From: Gammaproteobacteria bacterium
GTDB taxonomy: Bacteria; Pseudomonadota; Gammaproteobacteria; Eutrophobiales; Eutrophobiaceae
DNA: 64,000 nucleotides
NCBI GenBank assembly: GCA_963422205.2
Contig: CAXMWX010000001.1
Span: 256,001 to 320,000, forward strand
Reading direction: 5' to 3'
Positions 31,510-41,387 of this stretch are shown piece after piece. The position numbers and the translations under genes are program-made. The notes under the pieces are model-generated. The model was not told the DNA's origin, did no database searches, and saw only the letters and a program-made list of their open reading frames with translations. Each line of letters opens with the position of its first letter. Position 1 is the stretch's first letter.

Positions 31510-32240
31510 GCGCCAAGGCGTGCATGCACCATGTAGTTAATGGTCGGTGCCGAGGTGAGGGTGCAGTAATTCACGCCGGGCAGATAATGCAGGCCGACAA
31601 TATCCTCGGCGTGAAAGTTGGCGGCCCGTAACCAGCGATAAAGCTCGGAAGGGCGGATAAATCGGCTGTAATCGTGTGTGCCTTTGGGCAGTAAATGCAG
31701 CAGGTATTCGGCGGCCACCACCGCCCCCAGATACGATGGCAGGTTGCGGTTAATCGTTGACAGTACGATGTGGCCGCCAGGATTGAGCAGCCTTGCCAGG
31801 GTGTGCAGCAACTGTTCGGGGTCGGGTACGTGTTCGAGCAACTCCATGCAGGTGATGGCATCAAAACGTTGCTCGCTGGTTTGCAACAGCGCCTCGGCTG
31901 TCAGGCAGTGATAGTCAATACGCAGGTGGTGTTCACTGGCATGTTGCCGGGCTGTACGTATCGCTGCCTGGCTGGCGTCAATACCTGTCATGTTCGCACC
32001 GGCTTTTGCCAGCGCTTCTGTCAACAGGCCACCGCCACAACCGACATCCAGTACGCATCGATCACGCACAGGAAAGCGTGCTGTGATGTACTTCGTCCGT
32101 ACCGGGTTGATGCTGTGCAGGGTCTTGACATCACCGGTTGAATCCCACCAGTCCTGCGCCAGCCGGGTGAATTTTTCGACTTCATTTGCGTCCTGATTGT
32201 CAGATTCAATACCCACGATCTCACAGCTTAACAGACTCAT
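31506..32240 (-). CDS. ubiG: Ubiquinone biosynthesis O-methyltransferase
   Basis: WWD..G..KTLHSINPVR, LDVGCGGG, CMELLEHVPDP, LLPKGTHDY..FIRPSEL. Confidence 0.93.
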   Translation of the reverse strand: MSLLSCEIVGIESDNQDANEVEKFTRLAQDWWDSTGDVKTLHSINPVRTKYITARFPVRDRCVLDVGCGGGLLTEALAKAGANMTGIDASQAAIRTARQHASEHHLRIDYHCLTAEALLQTSEQRFDAITCMELLEHVPDPEQLLHTLARLLNPGGHIVLSTINRNLPSYLGAVVAAEYLLHLLPKGTHDYSRFIRPSELYRWLRAANFHAEDIVGLHYLPGVNYCTLTSAPTINYMVHARLGA

Positions 32241-32321
32241 TGCCCGAATGTGGCTGGTGAACCGGGGAAATTAACGGGCTGCCTGTTTAACGCACAAGCC
32301 ATGCTCAGATGAGGCCGTTAA

Positions 32322-33167
32322 TTAATTCGGCCTGATACGATTGTCATTGATGCCAATTTGTCCGGCAAAATCCACCAGAATTTTTTGCTTGGCGCTGGCC
32401 GCTTCGGCATCAATGACGGACATGGCCTGCTCTTCCAGCAGGCGCTTGTACACCGCATTAACTAACTGACTGTACTCTCCTGAGCCGATGACCGAGGTGC
32501 GATCCTCCTCTTCCAGGCTGCGCCATTGCAGCACGAAGGCATCCAGTTGTTGCTCTGACCAGTTTTTCTCTGCAAGGAAGTTATCAATCAGCTGTGAGGC
32601 AGCGGCAGTGATACGGCTGGCAGGCAGGGCATCTCCATCGTCTGTGGGGGTGGCATCGGCAGTTTGCTCTTCAACAGCCGGTTTGGTTGCCTGTATCTTA
32701 GGGTCGGCGGTTATGGTGGTTTGCTCATCGTTTGCCGGGCGGTCAGCCTGCTCTTCACCGCCCGTGTATACGTACAGTATAACAACGGCAATGACTGCCA
32801 GGGCGATGCCACCGATCAGGCGATATGGCAGCCGTTGGTTTTCGCTGCTGATTTCTGGTTGTTCGGTGTAGAGATCGCCGTAGTCGCTGTCACTGTCCTC
32901 ATCATCAAACGTGTCTGCGTCAGCCGAGGCCGCATATCCCATTTGTGTGATGGCAGCGGCTTGCTCAAGATCGGCGTTCTCTTTGGTAATGTCTTCGCCT
33001 GGATCGGCCGGGATGACCGGTGGCGGAAAGTCCAATTCCTCGACAGCCGCTTTACCGAGAATGACAGCATCCAGCAGTTCAGCCCTGGCGGTGCGGTATT
33101 TTTCCTTATCTATCTCGCCCTCTGCATAAGACTTGGCGAGTTTATTCAATGTGATTGCGGCTGTCAT
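32322..33167 (-). CDS. Hypothetical bitopic membrane protein with acidic cytoplasmic linker
   Basis: 281-aa ORF 20 bp downstream of the kinase; single TM LIGGIALAVIAVVILYVY. Confidence 0.7.
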   Translation of the reverse strand: MTAAITLNKLAKSYAEGEIDKEKYRTARAELLDAVILGKAAVEELDFPPPVIPADPGEDITKENADLEQAAAITQMGYAASADADTFDDEDSDSDYGDLYTEQPEISSENQRLPYRLIGGIALAVIAVVILYVYTGGEEQADRPANDEQTTITADPKIQATKPAVEEQTADATPTDDGDALPASRITAAASQLIDNFLAEKNWSEQQLDAFVLQWRSLEEEDRTSVIGSGEYSQLVNAVYKRLLEEQAMSVIDAEAASAKQKILVDFAGQIGINDNRIRPN

Positions 33168-33187
33168 GGTTATCCTGTTTATCTTAA

Positions 33188-36100
33188 CTAGGCTGCATCG
33201 ACTTCTTCAAGCACCAGCCTGAAGCCGGTGGTCTCATCACCCCCGCCGTTGTGAGGACGTTGCAGACTGATGTCACATTTGGAGTGGGCATCTGACCAGG
33301 ACCCCCCGGCGGCCAGTGTGCCATCACCCGCCATGATCCATTCCTGCACATTACCGATGTAGTTTTTCAGTCCCCAGCCGTTGGCTTTACCGGACTTGAT
33401 GCTGACGATACCGTTACCCTTGAGCACCTTATCCCCCAGCACCACCCGACAATTCACGTCTTTGCGCGGCTGTTTACCGGCGGCCGTGGCGGCATATTCC
33501 CACTCGGCCTGTGTCGGCAGGCGATAGGTCTTGCCGGTTCTCTCTGAAAGCCATTCGGCATATTTTTGTGCATCAGCCAGCGAGATGCCCGTCATCGGAT
33601 CATTAAATCTGCTCTTCTCTGTGATCGGCTTGCAATAGCCCGTCAAGGCACAGTATTTGCTGTAATCGGCAACCGATATTTCATACTTGCCAATGGCAAA
33701 CAGATCACCGAAGCCCTCGCCTGTTGGCACGACCACCATGAGCGGGCCACGCCAGCCGGTATTGACCAGATCAAAACAGACAGCACGGGCACGGACACCG
33801 TAGCCTGCCAGATTGGAGGCACACTCCCGGCCGCTGGACACCGGCTTCCAGTCTGCCTGGGCTTTGAGCAGGGCCTGTTCGCTTGAGGCGGCGATATTCA
33901 CCTGTTCACGCAGCATCACCTTGCGGGCCGGGTTATCTGGGGCGGCGGCGATGAGGTTGTTGATATCCTCTTCGGCCGTGTCAAATTCCGGATTGTCTAC
34001 CCACTGTGCCTGTGCCCGGGAGAGTAATTTTTTTGTCTGCCTTAACTTATTATAATCATCGCCGGAGGCGGTCTTGGCGGCCAGATATTTCTCGTAACTT
34101 GCATTCGCCAGGGCGGTGTTTTTCTGTATGTCTCGAAGCAGCCCGGCGACCTGTGGATGCGTGGCGAAATCGGTATTCGCCGCCTCATCCAGCAAGGCCC
34201 TGGCACGGTTAAGCTCGCCTGCGGCGATGGCGGCCTCGGTCTCACCAACGCCCGGCCAGGGTTCGAGTATGTTCTCTCTGGCAAGGTCCGCCAGGATGCT
34301 GCTGGCCGGGAACATGCGGCTGGATGCGGCGGCCAGGGCGGCGGCGGTGTTTTGATCTGAGCCTTTCAGCGCATTGATGCGCTCGGCCAACCGGTCTTCA
34401 GATTGGTTGCGGAATTCCGTATAGCGCTGTGGATCACCCCGGGAGATTTCGCTGACCTTGCGGGCTATATCAATGATCTCATCTTCGGTGAATACGCTGG
34501 CATTTTTGAACACCTCACCCAGCTCGGCGATGTTCACCTCCACCCGATATTCTTCCTGCAATGCAAGCAATATCGGATTACGTGCCGATAAGGCCAGACC
34601 TGCCTGCACCAGTTTATAGGCGTTCTCGGTATCGCCACTGTTGCTGCGGCTTTGTGCCAGCCGGGCATAGCTTTCCGCCAGCGCATTCGGCGCCGTCTTG
34701 GTGAGATACACATCATCGGCGGGCAACTCGGCCTTCAGTTTTTCAAAGATTGCATTTGCCTCGGCTATCTTGTCGGCATCGGCGACCACCACAAACTGCT
34801 CTTTCAGATCTTTAACCCGCAGTTGTTTCTCAAATTCTTTTTTCGCTTGAGTCACGCTGTTTCGGGTTGTGTTGATCAGGGCGGACCCAGGGGCGAAGCG
34901 CTCGGCACGATCGATATAGTTTGCTGCCGCATCAAAGCGGTTGGCGCTGACCACATCATTGGCGCGGTCGACATAGATCTGGGTGATCGTTGCACGCAAA
35001 TCTGCAAGCTCATCAGCAATGCTGGCATCTTCCTGTTTCAAGCCGTCCAGTTCACGTATGCTGGCCAGCAGGGTGGATTCCCACTGGCTGTCGTTCAGAT
35101 CGACCGTGGCGAGTTGCTCGGTAATCGCCGCCCTGTTGGCATCGGCGATCTCGGCCACCGCTGCCGCCCGTTGCTCGCCCGCCAGATGGGCGAGCTTGAG
35201 TTGGGTCAATTCCTGGCTGAGTTGCAGTGCATTGAGTAATTCGCCATATTGCCCGGCTGATGCTTCGGCGGCTTCCCTGGTGCTGTTCAAGACGGTTTCA
35301 AGCTCGCCATTAATCGCTGTTTGCATGGCCTTTGCCAGGGTGGTTAGCACCGGGGTTTGTGCAGGTGTGCTAAGTTGCGCCAGTTTTTTAATGTCGGCTT
35401 CATTGGCCTTGAACTCTGCCAGGTTAGTGATCTCGGCGGCGCTGAGCCGGGTGTTGAGTTCGGCGACGGTAATAGCTGTTTGAATCTTGCTTTCCAGGTC
35501 AGTCAGGCGCACATCATCTGGTGCTGTTTTCAGGCCATTGCCGACCAGCACCAGCGCCTGTTCCAGTTTGTTATCGTTGAATGCCTGCTCGGCGGCCAGC
35601 CGGTAGGCGTTGGCCGGGCGCGGATCATCGAGCAGCGGATGTTGCGGGTCAATGCGCGTACGTAACAGGGCCAGGATGTCATTCGTGGCATTGATGATAT
35701 TGGGATCCTCCACCGCTGCCGATGGATCCAGGGCGGCGATGTATTGTTGATAGAGATCGGATTCAATCGACTTTCTGTTCTCGGCAATGCTGGCCTGCTG
35801 TTCGAGATAAAAAGTCGTCTCCGGGTAGAATTCGCCCACGCTTTGCAGCGTCTTGTTGGCCCTGGGAAAATTGTATTTGTCTGTGCTGATGTCGATCTGC
35901 CGGGCGATTTCCCGGGCAAAATATTTTTGGATCATATCTTTGCTTTCATCAAGGATCCGGGCCTGGTCGGTTTTGTCCAACGCATCCAACTCAGCCAGGG
36001 TCTCTTCAATCACCAGCCGGTCGCCGCTGTTGGTATCGGCAATCATATTGTCGATCTTCCGTGTATGCAGGTAATCCAGCGCCGGGTTGATCAGGATGAT

Positions 36101-37624
36101 ACCGATCAGTGCCAGGATAGCGGCGGCGATAGTCAGCGGATTTTTATGCCAGGTGGGTCTGCCTTTGAATTCTTCCAGGAAGTGATCAACGGTGGGGCTG
36201 CGCTCCTCGCGCTTGAACGCCAGCGCATGACGGAGGGCGCGGTTTGATTTCTTGTTCAGACCTTTAATCGGCGCCGGAATCAGGCCGTTCTCCCGCGCCG
36301 TGGTGGCAGGCAGCTTGTCAAACGGGTGTTTGCCGGTCAATAACTCATAGGCCACACACCCCAGGGCGTAGGTGTCATCGCGGGTGTCCGGCTCTTCGCC
36401 TTCGAGCATCTCCAGGCTGGCATACGCTGGCGTCAGTGCGCCCAGCTTGCCCGGGTCAAACAGGGTCTTGTCTGCCTCGCCGGTGACCGGGTTTTTCACT
36501 GCCCTGGCGATGCCGAAGTCGAGCGTCTTGACCGTGCCATCGTTACACAGAAAGGCGTTACCGGGTTTAAAGTCAGAATGCACCAGGCGCCTTGCATGGG
36601 CATAGGATAATGCCGAGCCAAGCTGCTCAACAACGCCATACGCCTCATCAAATGGCAGACCGCCTTGTTTGCGTACCGTTTTTTTGATGTAGGTGTTCAG
36701 CGGCGAGCCTTCCATTAATTCCATGGTGATGTAGACCGGTGTCCCCTTGCCGCCTACGCGGTCAAAGTCATACACGGTGGCAATATTCGGGTGTGCAAGT
36801 TTTTGCTGACGGGATGATTCACGTTGCAGTGAAATGAAGGCTTCGGGGTGTGACTTGAAGTCATCGTTCAGCAGTTTGATCGCCACATAGGGATTTTTGT
36901 CGCGCGCCTCTTCTTTTAACAGATCAATCCCCCGATACACCTTGCCCATGCCGCCCACACCCAGCACGTCCAGCAATTTAAAGCGGTACTTGATGACATC
37001 GCCCGGGCCGAACTCTTTGCCGGGCACATATTCCTCGTCCTGGAACTCCTGCCCGCCTGCACCATCAAGGCCGCTGCCGGAAGTGCTGGACAGCTCGCCT
37101 GTCATCAGATCGAAATCAACGCCGGTATCTGTGTCCTGTCCAGTCTCCAGGTGTGTGCGGACGGTGATCTCCTCGGATGCGTCCATATCTGTGCGGACGG
37201 TGATGTCTTCGGTCTCCTCCAGGCGGGTTCTAACCGTGATGTCCTCGGAGGCATCCAGGTCGGTTCGGACGGTGATATCCTCTGAGTCCGCATCATAATT
37301 CTGGAGTGTTTTATCATCATCCTCAGGGGCATCTCCGGCGCTGTCTGCGGGACTGACATCATCCGGGTCGAGCACGGTTGCCTCATCCGGGTCAAGCACG
37401 GTTGCCTCTGCCGGGCCGTGAACGGCATCGTTAATCTGGCGTTTCAGCTCGAGGTAGCAGGACTCTTCAATGCCGCCTGCCACCTGCACTTCATCCAGTT
37501 GAGAGAGCATGCCTTCGGCATAGCGTATATCGGCATTCAGCAGCTTGTCGATCTGCTCGCTTAGAACGTCCAGCTTCAGCTTGCCGGTACCCAGCGCTTT
37601 AAGGGCGGTTTTAAAGTCAGCCAC
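33188..37624 (-). CDS. Large transmembrane Ser/Thr protein kinase with helical periplasmic repeats and C-terminal FGE-sulfatase (SUMF1-like) domain
   Basis: LGVGGMGKVY, VAIK, HSDFKPGN, DFG, TPAYASLEM; TM IAAAILALIGIILI; YRLPTQAEWEYAA, NGWGL...GNVQEW, TGFRLV; GTG start after GAGGTG. Confidence 0.9.
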   Translation of the reverse strand: MADFKTALKALGTGKLKLDVLSEQIDKLLNADIRYAEGMLSQLDEVQVAGGIEESCYLELKRQINDAVHGPAEATVLDPDEATVLDPDDVSPADSAGDAPEDDDKTLQNYDADSEDITVRTDLDASEDITVRTRLEETEDITVRTDMDASEEITVRTHLETGQDTDTGVDFDLMTGELSSTSGSGLDGAGGQEFQDEEYVPGKEFGPGDVIKYRFKLLDVLGVGGMGKVYRGIDLLKEEARDKNPYVAIKLLNDDFKSHPEAFISLQRESSRQQKLAHPNIATVYDFDRVGGKGTPVYITMELMEGSPLNTYIKKTVRKQGGLPFDEAYGVVEQLGSALSYAHARRLVHSDFKPGNAFLCNDGTVKTLDFGIARAVKNPVTGEADKTLFDPGKLGALTPAYASLEMLEGEEPDTRDDTYALGCVAYELLTGKHPFDKLPATTARENGLIPAPIKGLNKKSNRALRHALAFKREERSPTVDHFLEEFKGRPTWHKNPLTIAAAILALIGIILINPALDYLHTRKIDNMIADTNSGDRLVIEETLAELDALDKTDQARILDESKDMIQKYFAREIARQIDISTDKYNFPRANKTLQSVGEFYPETTFYLEQQASIAENRKSIESDLYQQYIAALDPSAAVEDPNIINATNDILALLRTRIDPQHPLLDDPRPANAYRLAAEQAFNDNKLEQALVLVGNGLKTAPDDVRLTDLESKIQTAITVAELNTRLSAAEITNLAEFKANEADIKKLAQLSTPAQTPVLTTLAKAMQTAINGELETVLNSTREAAEASAGQYGELLNALQLSQELTQLKLAHLAGEQRAAAVAEIADANRAAITEQLATVDLNDSQWESTLLASIRELDGLKQEDASIADELADLRATITQIYVDRANDVVSANRFDAAANYIDRAERFAPGSALINTTRNSVTQAKKEFEKQLRVKDLKEQFVVVADADKIAEANAIFEKLKAELPADDVYLTKTAPNALAESYARLAQSRSNSGDTENAYKLVQAGLALSARNPILLALQEEYRVEVNIAELGEVFKNASVFTEDEIIDIARKVSEISRGDPQRYTEFRNQSEDRLAERINALKGSDQNTAAALAAASSRMFPASSILADLARENILEPWPGVGETEAAIAAGELNRARALLDEAANTDFATHPQVAGLLRDIQKNTALANASYEKYLAAKTASGDDYNKLRQTKKLLSRAQAQWVDNPEFDTAEEDINNLIAAAPDNPARKVMLREQVNIAASSEQALLKAQADWKPVSSGRECASNLAGYGVRARAVCFDLVNTGWRGPLMVVVPTGEGFGDLFAIGKYEISVADYSKYCALTGYCKPITEKSRFNDPMTGISLADAQKYAEWLSERTGKTYRLPTQAEWEYAATAAGKQPRKDVNCRVVLGDKVLKGNGIVSIKSGKANGWGLKNYIGNVQEWIMAGDGTLAAGGSWSDAHSKCDISLQRPHNGGGDETTGFRLVLEEVDAA
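37143..37294 (-). repeat. Four ~36-bp tandem coding repeats (E[DE]ITVRT units)
   Basis: SEDITVRTDLDA SEDITVRTRLEE TEDITVRTDMDA SEEITVRTHLET. Confidence 0.9.
37361..37408 (-). repeat. Two 24-bp tandem coding repeats (EATVLDPD x2)
   Basis: atccgggtcgagcacggttgcctc / atccgggtcaagcacggttgcctc, one mismatch. Confidence 0.9.
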
Positions 37625-37654
37625 GGTTACACCTCGCAAAAATATCTGATTGCT

Positions 37655-38401
37655 TTATTTAATATCAACGATGATAGCCGTCACGTTGTCACCCGCACCC
37701 CGCTCCAGGGTGGTGTCAATCAGTTGGCGACAACAGGTCTCAGCATTGCCTTCTTTCATAAAGGCTTCGATTTCAAGGTCCAGGATATGTTTGGTCAGCC
37801 CATCACTACAGAGCAGGTATCGGTCGCTTTTGTGTATCTCCTGAATACCTATGTCCAGATACAGATCGTCTGTTGCCCCTACCGCACGGGTGATCATGTT
37901 GCCATGGGGGTGGGTTGCGGCCTCCTCACGGGTGATCAGCCCTTGCTCTATGTACACTTCAACCTGTGAATGGTCGGTGGTAATCTGCCGAATCTGTTTA
38001 TTACGTAACCGGTATAATCTGCTGTCGCCCGCCCAGAGGTAAATGCAGTATTTTTTATAGGCAATCATGCTGACAATGGTGCTGCCTATGGTGGTTCGTT
38101 TTTTTGCCTCTTTCGCCTGTTGGAGTAATTTTTTGTTTACCTCGGTTATCGAATCTTCTATCGCATCAATAAAGTGCGACAGGCGGGTGCCTTCCTTGAC
38201 TTGCTGCAATGTAGAGACGATCATCTGGCTTGCCACATCGCCTTTCGCATGACCGCCCATGCCATCGGCAACCACCCACAGACCGGCCGCAGAGCGCTCC
38301 AGCATGGAATCCTCGTTATGCTTGCGTACCTTGCCGGTGTCGGTTATGCCGAAGGATGACCAGCGCAGCTTGTTGTTTGTGTCAGAGGTGGTCGCAGACA
38401 T
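37655..38401 (-). CDS. PP2C-family Ser/Thr phosphatase (Stp1/PppA-like)
   Basis: GKVRKHNED, VADGMGGH, WAGDSRLY, LLCSDGL, GAGDNVT. Confidence 0.92.
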   Translation of the reverse strand: MSATTSDTNNKLRWSSFGITDTGKVRKHNEDSMLERSAAGLWVVADGMGGHAKGDVASQMIVSTLQQVKEGTRLSHFIDAIEDSITEVNKKLLQQAKEAKKRTTIGSTIVSMIAYKKYCIYLWAGDSRLYRLRNKQIRQITTDHSQVEVYIEQGLITREEAATHPHGNMITRAVGATDDLYLDIGIQEIHKSDRYLLCSDGLTKHILDLEIEAFMKEGNAETCCRQLIDTTLERGAGDNVTAIIVDIK

Positions 38402-38456
38402 CAGGTTCGTATCCCGGTCAAGTGTGTTACGTGGGTGATCATTATGTGGTTGCTCG

Positions 38457-39365
38457 CTAACTGGTGGCGCGCTTGAATGTGACCACTTCCTCGGGGTGTT
38501 CATCAAACCCGCGCCCCAGGCTTAATCGCCCATCACTATTGATCGGCATCTCTTCACGTCTTAGAAAAGCCTTCTCGGCATTATCAAACAAGACAAACGT
38601 GCCGTTGGTGCTTTGATCGATGATAAAGAACTTGTCTTTCCGCAACTCAAGACGCACATGTTGTCTGGATGCCAGCTTTTCATTCACCAGCAGATCACAG
38701 TTTCGGCTGCGCCCCAGAATGAGGCTGCTTTTTGATTTGTCCAGGGCCATTTCGTTATCGTGGTAACGCAATATCAGGGATAAGTCTTTATCCTCATTGA
38801 CCATACGCCCGCTTGCCATGCGGGTGACATCTTCTTCTTGCCAGATGATCTCGTAGATATCAATTTCTTCTTTCTTGCCCTTGATCGCTGCACGATCGAC
38901 AAAACGGGTGCTGGCCTGTAGCAGCGTCGGCAGCTTGTCTACAGTGATTTTTGAGGTGATGATCTGGCCGCCTTTTGCCTGTGCAGCCATGCGGGCGGCG
39001 ACATTGACCGCATCCCCGAAGACATCATCGGACTCCAAAATAGCAGGCCCGAAGTGCATGCCCACCCGAATCCGCATGGCGATATCCCCATCAACAGAGT
39101 CGCCTTCGGTCACATCCTCATCAATCTCCTCCTGCATGGCGATAGCGGCTTTTGCCGCCGCTTCAGCCGAGGGGAAGGTAGACATGATCTCATCACCGAT
39201 GGTCTTGATGACCTTGCCTTTGTACTCATTGGTGATATTGGTCAGAGTGGCCAGGCATTCGGCCACCTTGACTCGTGCAACGGCATCACCCAGCGTCTCA
39301 AATAGCTGGGTGCTGCCACTCACATCGGCAAATAGAATTGCCAGATTTGCTGTTTTTGGTGCCAT
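38457..39365 (-). CDS. Class III adenylate cyclase fused to a C-terminal FHA domain
   Basis: LFADVSGST, KTIGDEIM, DVFGDAVNVAAR; FHA motifs LGR, SRQH, STNGTFV. Confidence 0.9.
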   Translation of the reverse strand: MAPKTANLAILFADVSGSTQLFETLGDAVARVKVAECLATLTNITNEYKGKVIKTIGDEIMSTFPSAEAAAKAAIAMQEEIDEDVTEGDSVDGDIAMRIRVGMHFGPAILESDDVFGDAVNVAARMAAQAKGGQIITSKITVDKLPTLLQASTRFVDRAAIKGKKEEIDIYEIIWQEEDVTRMASGRMVNEDKDLSLILRYHDNEMALDKSKSSLILGRSRNCDLLVNEKLASRQHVRLELRKDKFFIIDQSTNGTFVLFDNAEKAFLRREEMPINSDGRLSLGRGFDEHPEEVVTFKRATS

Positions 39366-39785
39366 TCAAACGGTGTCGAGTGCTAATTTGACTTAACGCT
39401 GTGCGATCACTGATATTTTGAAGTTTGTCCGGTATGTTTGCCCAATATATTTTCCCAGTATAATCATTATGTTAGCCCATACAACAGGGATTTGACATTA
39501 CCTTACAGCCACACCGTTTATACGCCTGCCCACCCAGCCGCCGACAGGCCGACCAGGGTATGCTGTTATGAATTTGCTGTCATGCCGTCCAATGCTATCA
39601 TACCTTGCTATTATTAAAGGAAAAAATACGTCACATTCCCCATAAGGTTCGAGCCGGATTTGCCAGCGGCTCAAGCCGGGTTTGAGATCATTCTGCCTTG
39701 CTTGTACCATAAATGCCGCCGGGTCAATGGGCAATCTAATGGCCTGGGGGCTTTTTCAGTGATCAACGAGTTGGGTTAATTAGTC

Positions 39786-40790
39786 ATGAATATCAAATAT
39801 TATCTGGCCGGTGCTGGCATTTTATGTGTGCTGGTGTCAGGTGTGCTTGTCAGCGCAAATGCCTTCTCTATCAAGGAACTGCTTGGTTTTGATGACGATG
39901 AGGCAACGCTCACAGCAGAGAAAGAGGCAAAACAGGCCGAACCGGGCGCTGACTGGGGAGAGCAGCTGGGTGCAGATTCAGCCCCCCTGTCGATTGACAC
40001 CCTCAAGCAGATACTGGCGAACCTCAATCAGGGGCAGCGTACTGTCTTGTTGCAGGATGAGGAACGTTTTAAGCAATTCGTTGGCCAGGAGGCGCGTAAT
40101 AAATCCGTGTTCGCCGCCGCTGTGGCCAATAACCTGCACAAAGATCCCAATGCGGTTTTTCTCATGCAGCGTGGTGCTGAAACCGTGTTGCGGGAGGCCT
40201 ACCTAAACCACTTGTTGAACAGCAAAATCCCGAACGACTTTCCCTCGGATGAGCAGGTCAGGGAGTATTATGAAAAGAACAAGGATCAGTTTGTGATCGG
40301 TGAACGAGTCCACGTCTGGCAGATATTTTTCTCCACCGAGGAGAGAGATGAGAATGAGATCAAGGCGATAAAAAAGAAGGCGGATGATCTGGCAAAGCAG
40401 ATCGCTGCCGGCAAGGTGAATTTTGCGGACGCTGTCAAGACTCATTCGGAACACGAACAAAGCCGCACTAATGCCGGTTATGTGGGCCTGCCCAAGGTGA
40501 CCGAATTGAAACCGGAGGTGCGTGATGTGATCGTGGGTTTGCGGCCCGGCCGGGTGAGCAAGGCGATCGAAAGCGACACCGGCATACATATCTTCAAGCG
40601 GGGCGACAAGGTGGCAGAACAGGATGTGGAACTGGAGCAGATCAGCGGCCAGGTGCGGGATTTGTTGCGTAAACAGGCCACCACACAGCTACTGGATGCC
40701 ATCTTCCAGCAGGCCGAAGAGACCTATCCCGGCGGTATCAGTGATGAGCAGATTGAGCAATGGCGAGTACAACTCAGCCAGGAATCATAG
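39786..40790 (+). CDS. Exported parvulin/PpiC-type peptidyl-prolyl isomerase
   Basis: Signal peptide; SDEQVREYYEKNKDQF, VHVWQIF, FADAVKTHS, VSKAIESDTGIHI. Confidence 0.8.
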   Translation: MNIKYYLAGAGILCVLVSGVLVSANAFSIKELLGFDDDEATLTAEKEAKQAEPGADWGEQLGADSAPLSIDTLKQILANLNQGQRTVLLQDEERFKQFVGQEARNKSVFAAAVANNLHKDPNAVFLMQRGAETVLREAYLNHLLNSKIPNDFPSDEQVREYYEKNKDQFVIGERVHVWQIFFSTEERDENEIKAIKKKADDLAKQIAAGKVNFADAVKTHSEHEQSRTNAGYVGLPKVTELKPEVRDVIVGLRPGRVSKAIESDTGIHIFKRGDKVAEQDVELEQISGQVRDLLRKQATTQLLDAIFQQAEETYPGGISDEQIEQWRVQLSQES

Positions 40791-40834
40791 CCGTGACTCT
40801 CTCCATGGCGGGTAAAATAATTTTATAAATCACT

Positions 40835-40864
40835 TAGTTAAATAATAAATAGTTAAATAATAAA
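40835..40864. repeat. Exact 15-bp tandem duplication
   Basis: TAGTTAAATAATAAA x2. Confidence 0.9.
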
Positions 40865-41387
40865 ACCCGGCCGTTATCCTGAACGATGGAGGAATAGAGC
40901 ACGGGTTTGCCTTCATGCACATCAACAGCCGCCTGACCATGCCTGGCGGCTTGTCTTGCTATCGCTGCTACTCTTACTCTTACCCTTACCCTTCTTACCC
41001 TTGGGCCTGCTGCCTCAAGCCTGCCCCCGGACTTGCTGCCCCGGCAGGGCCGGACGGAATTTTTTCCCTGCCACCTGCCCGGCGTTGACAGGTTTCGCTT
41101 GTTCCAGCCAGAGAAAATCAGCCCCTGATCAGGCTGAATTTATTGCGATGCAACAAAAAGACTGCGTACTTTGGTGGATAAAAAAAGTTTTATTTTTCAT
41201 GATCTAACGTGTTTTTTTTATTGCAGCGTATGCAGATTATTGCTTTACCTGATCAACTGCCTTCTGCTATAGTCAAACGTTGCCAGTGGTGTGTGTACAG
41301 CTTGCTTGATTAAAGACTGCTTACACTTGGAATTTTACATGACATAATAAGTTGTAAGTATTTAAAATATAAAGCAAAAAAACTAAC

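Noticed and set aside
37143-37408. Regularly spaced ~36-bp repeats as a possible CRISPR array
   Set aside because: They are in-frame coding repeats with synonymous variation, no unique spacers and no cas genes nearby
33188-39365. Type VI secretion locus
   Set aside because: The kinase, phosphatase and FHA resemble T6SS regulators, but no tss, hcp or vgrG genes are present
40956-41207. 83-aa Leu/Pro-rich ORF
   Set aside because: TTG start, and the hydrophobic N-terminus is simply the translation of the hexamer repeat
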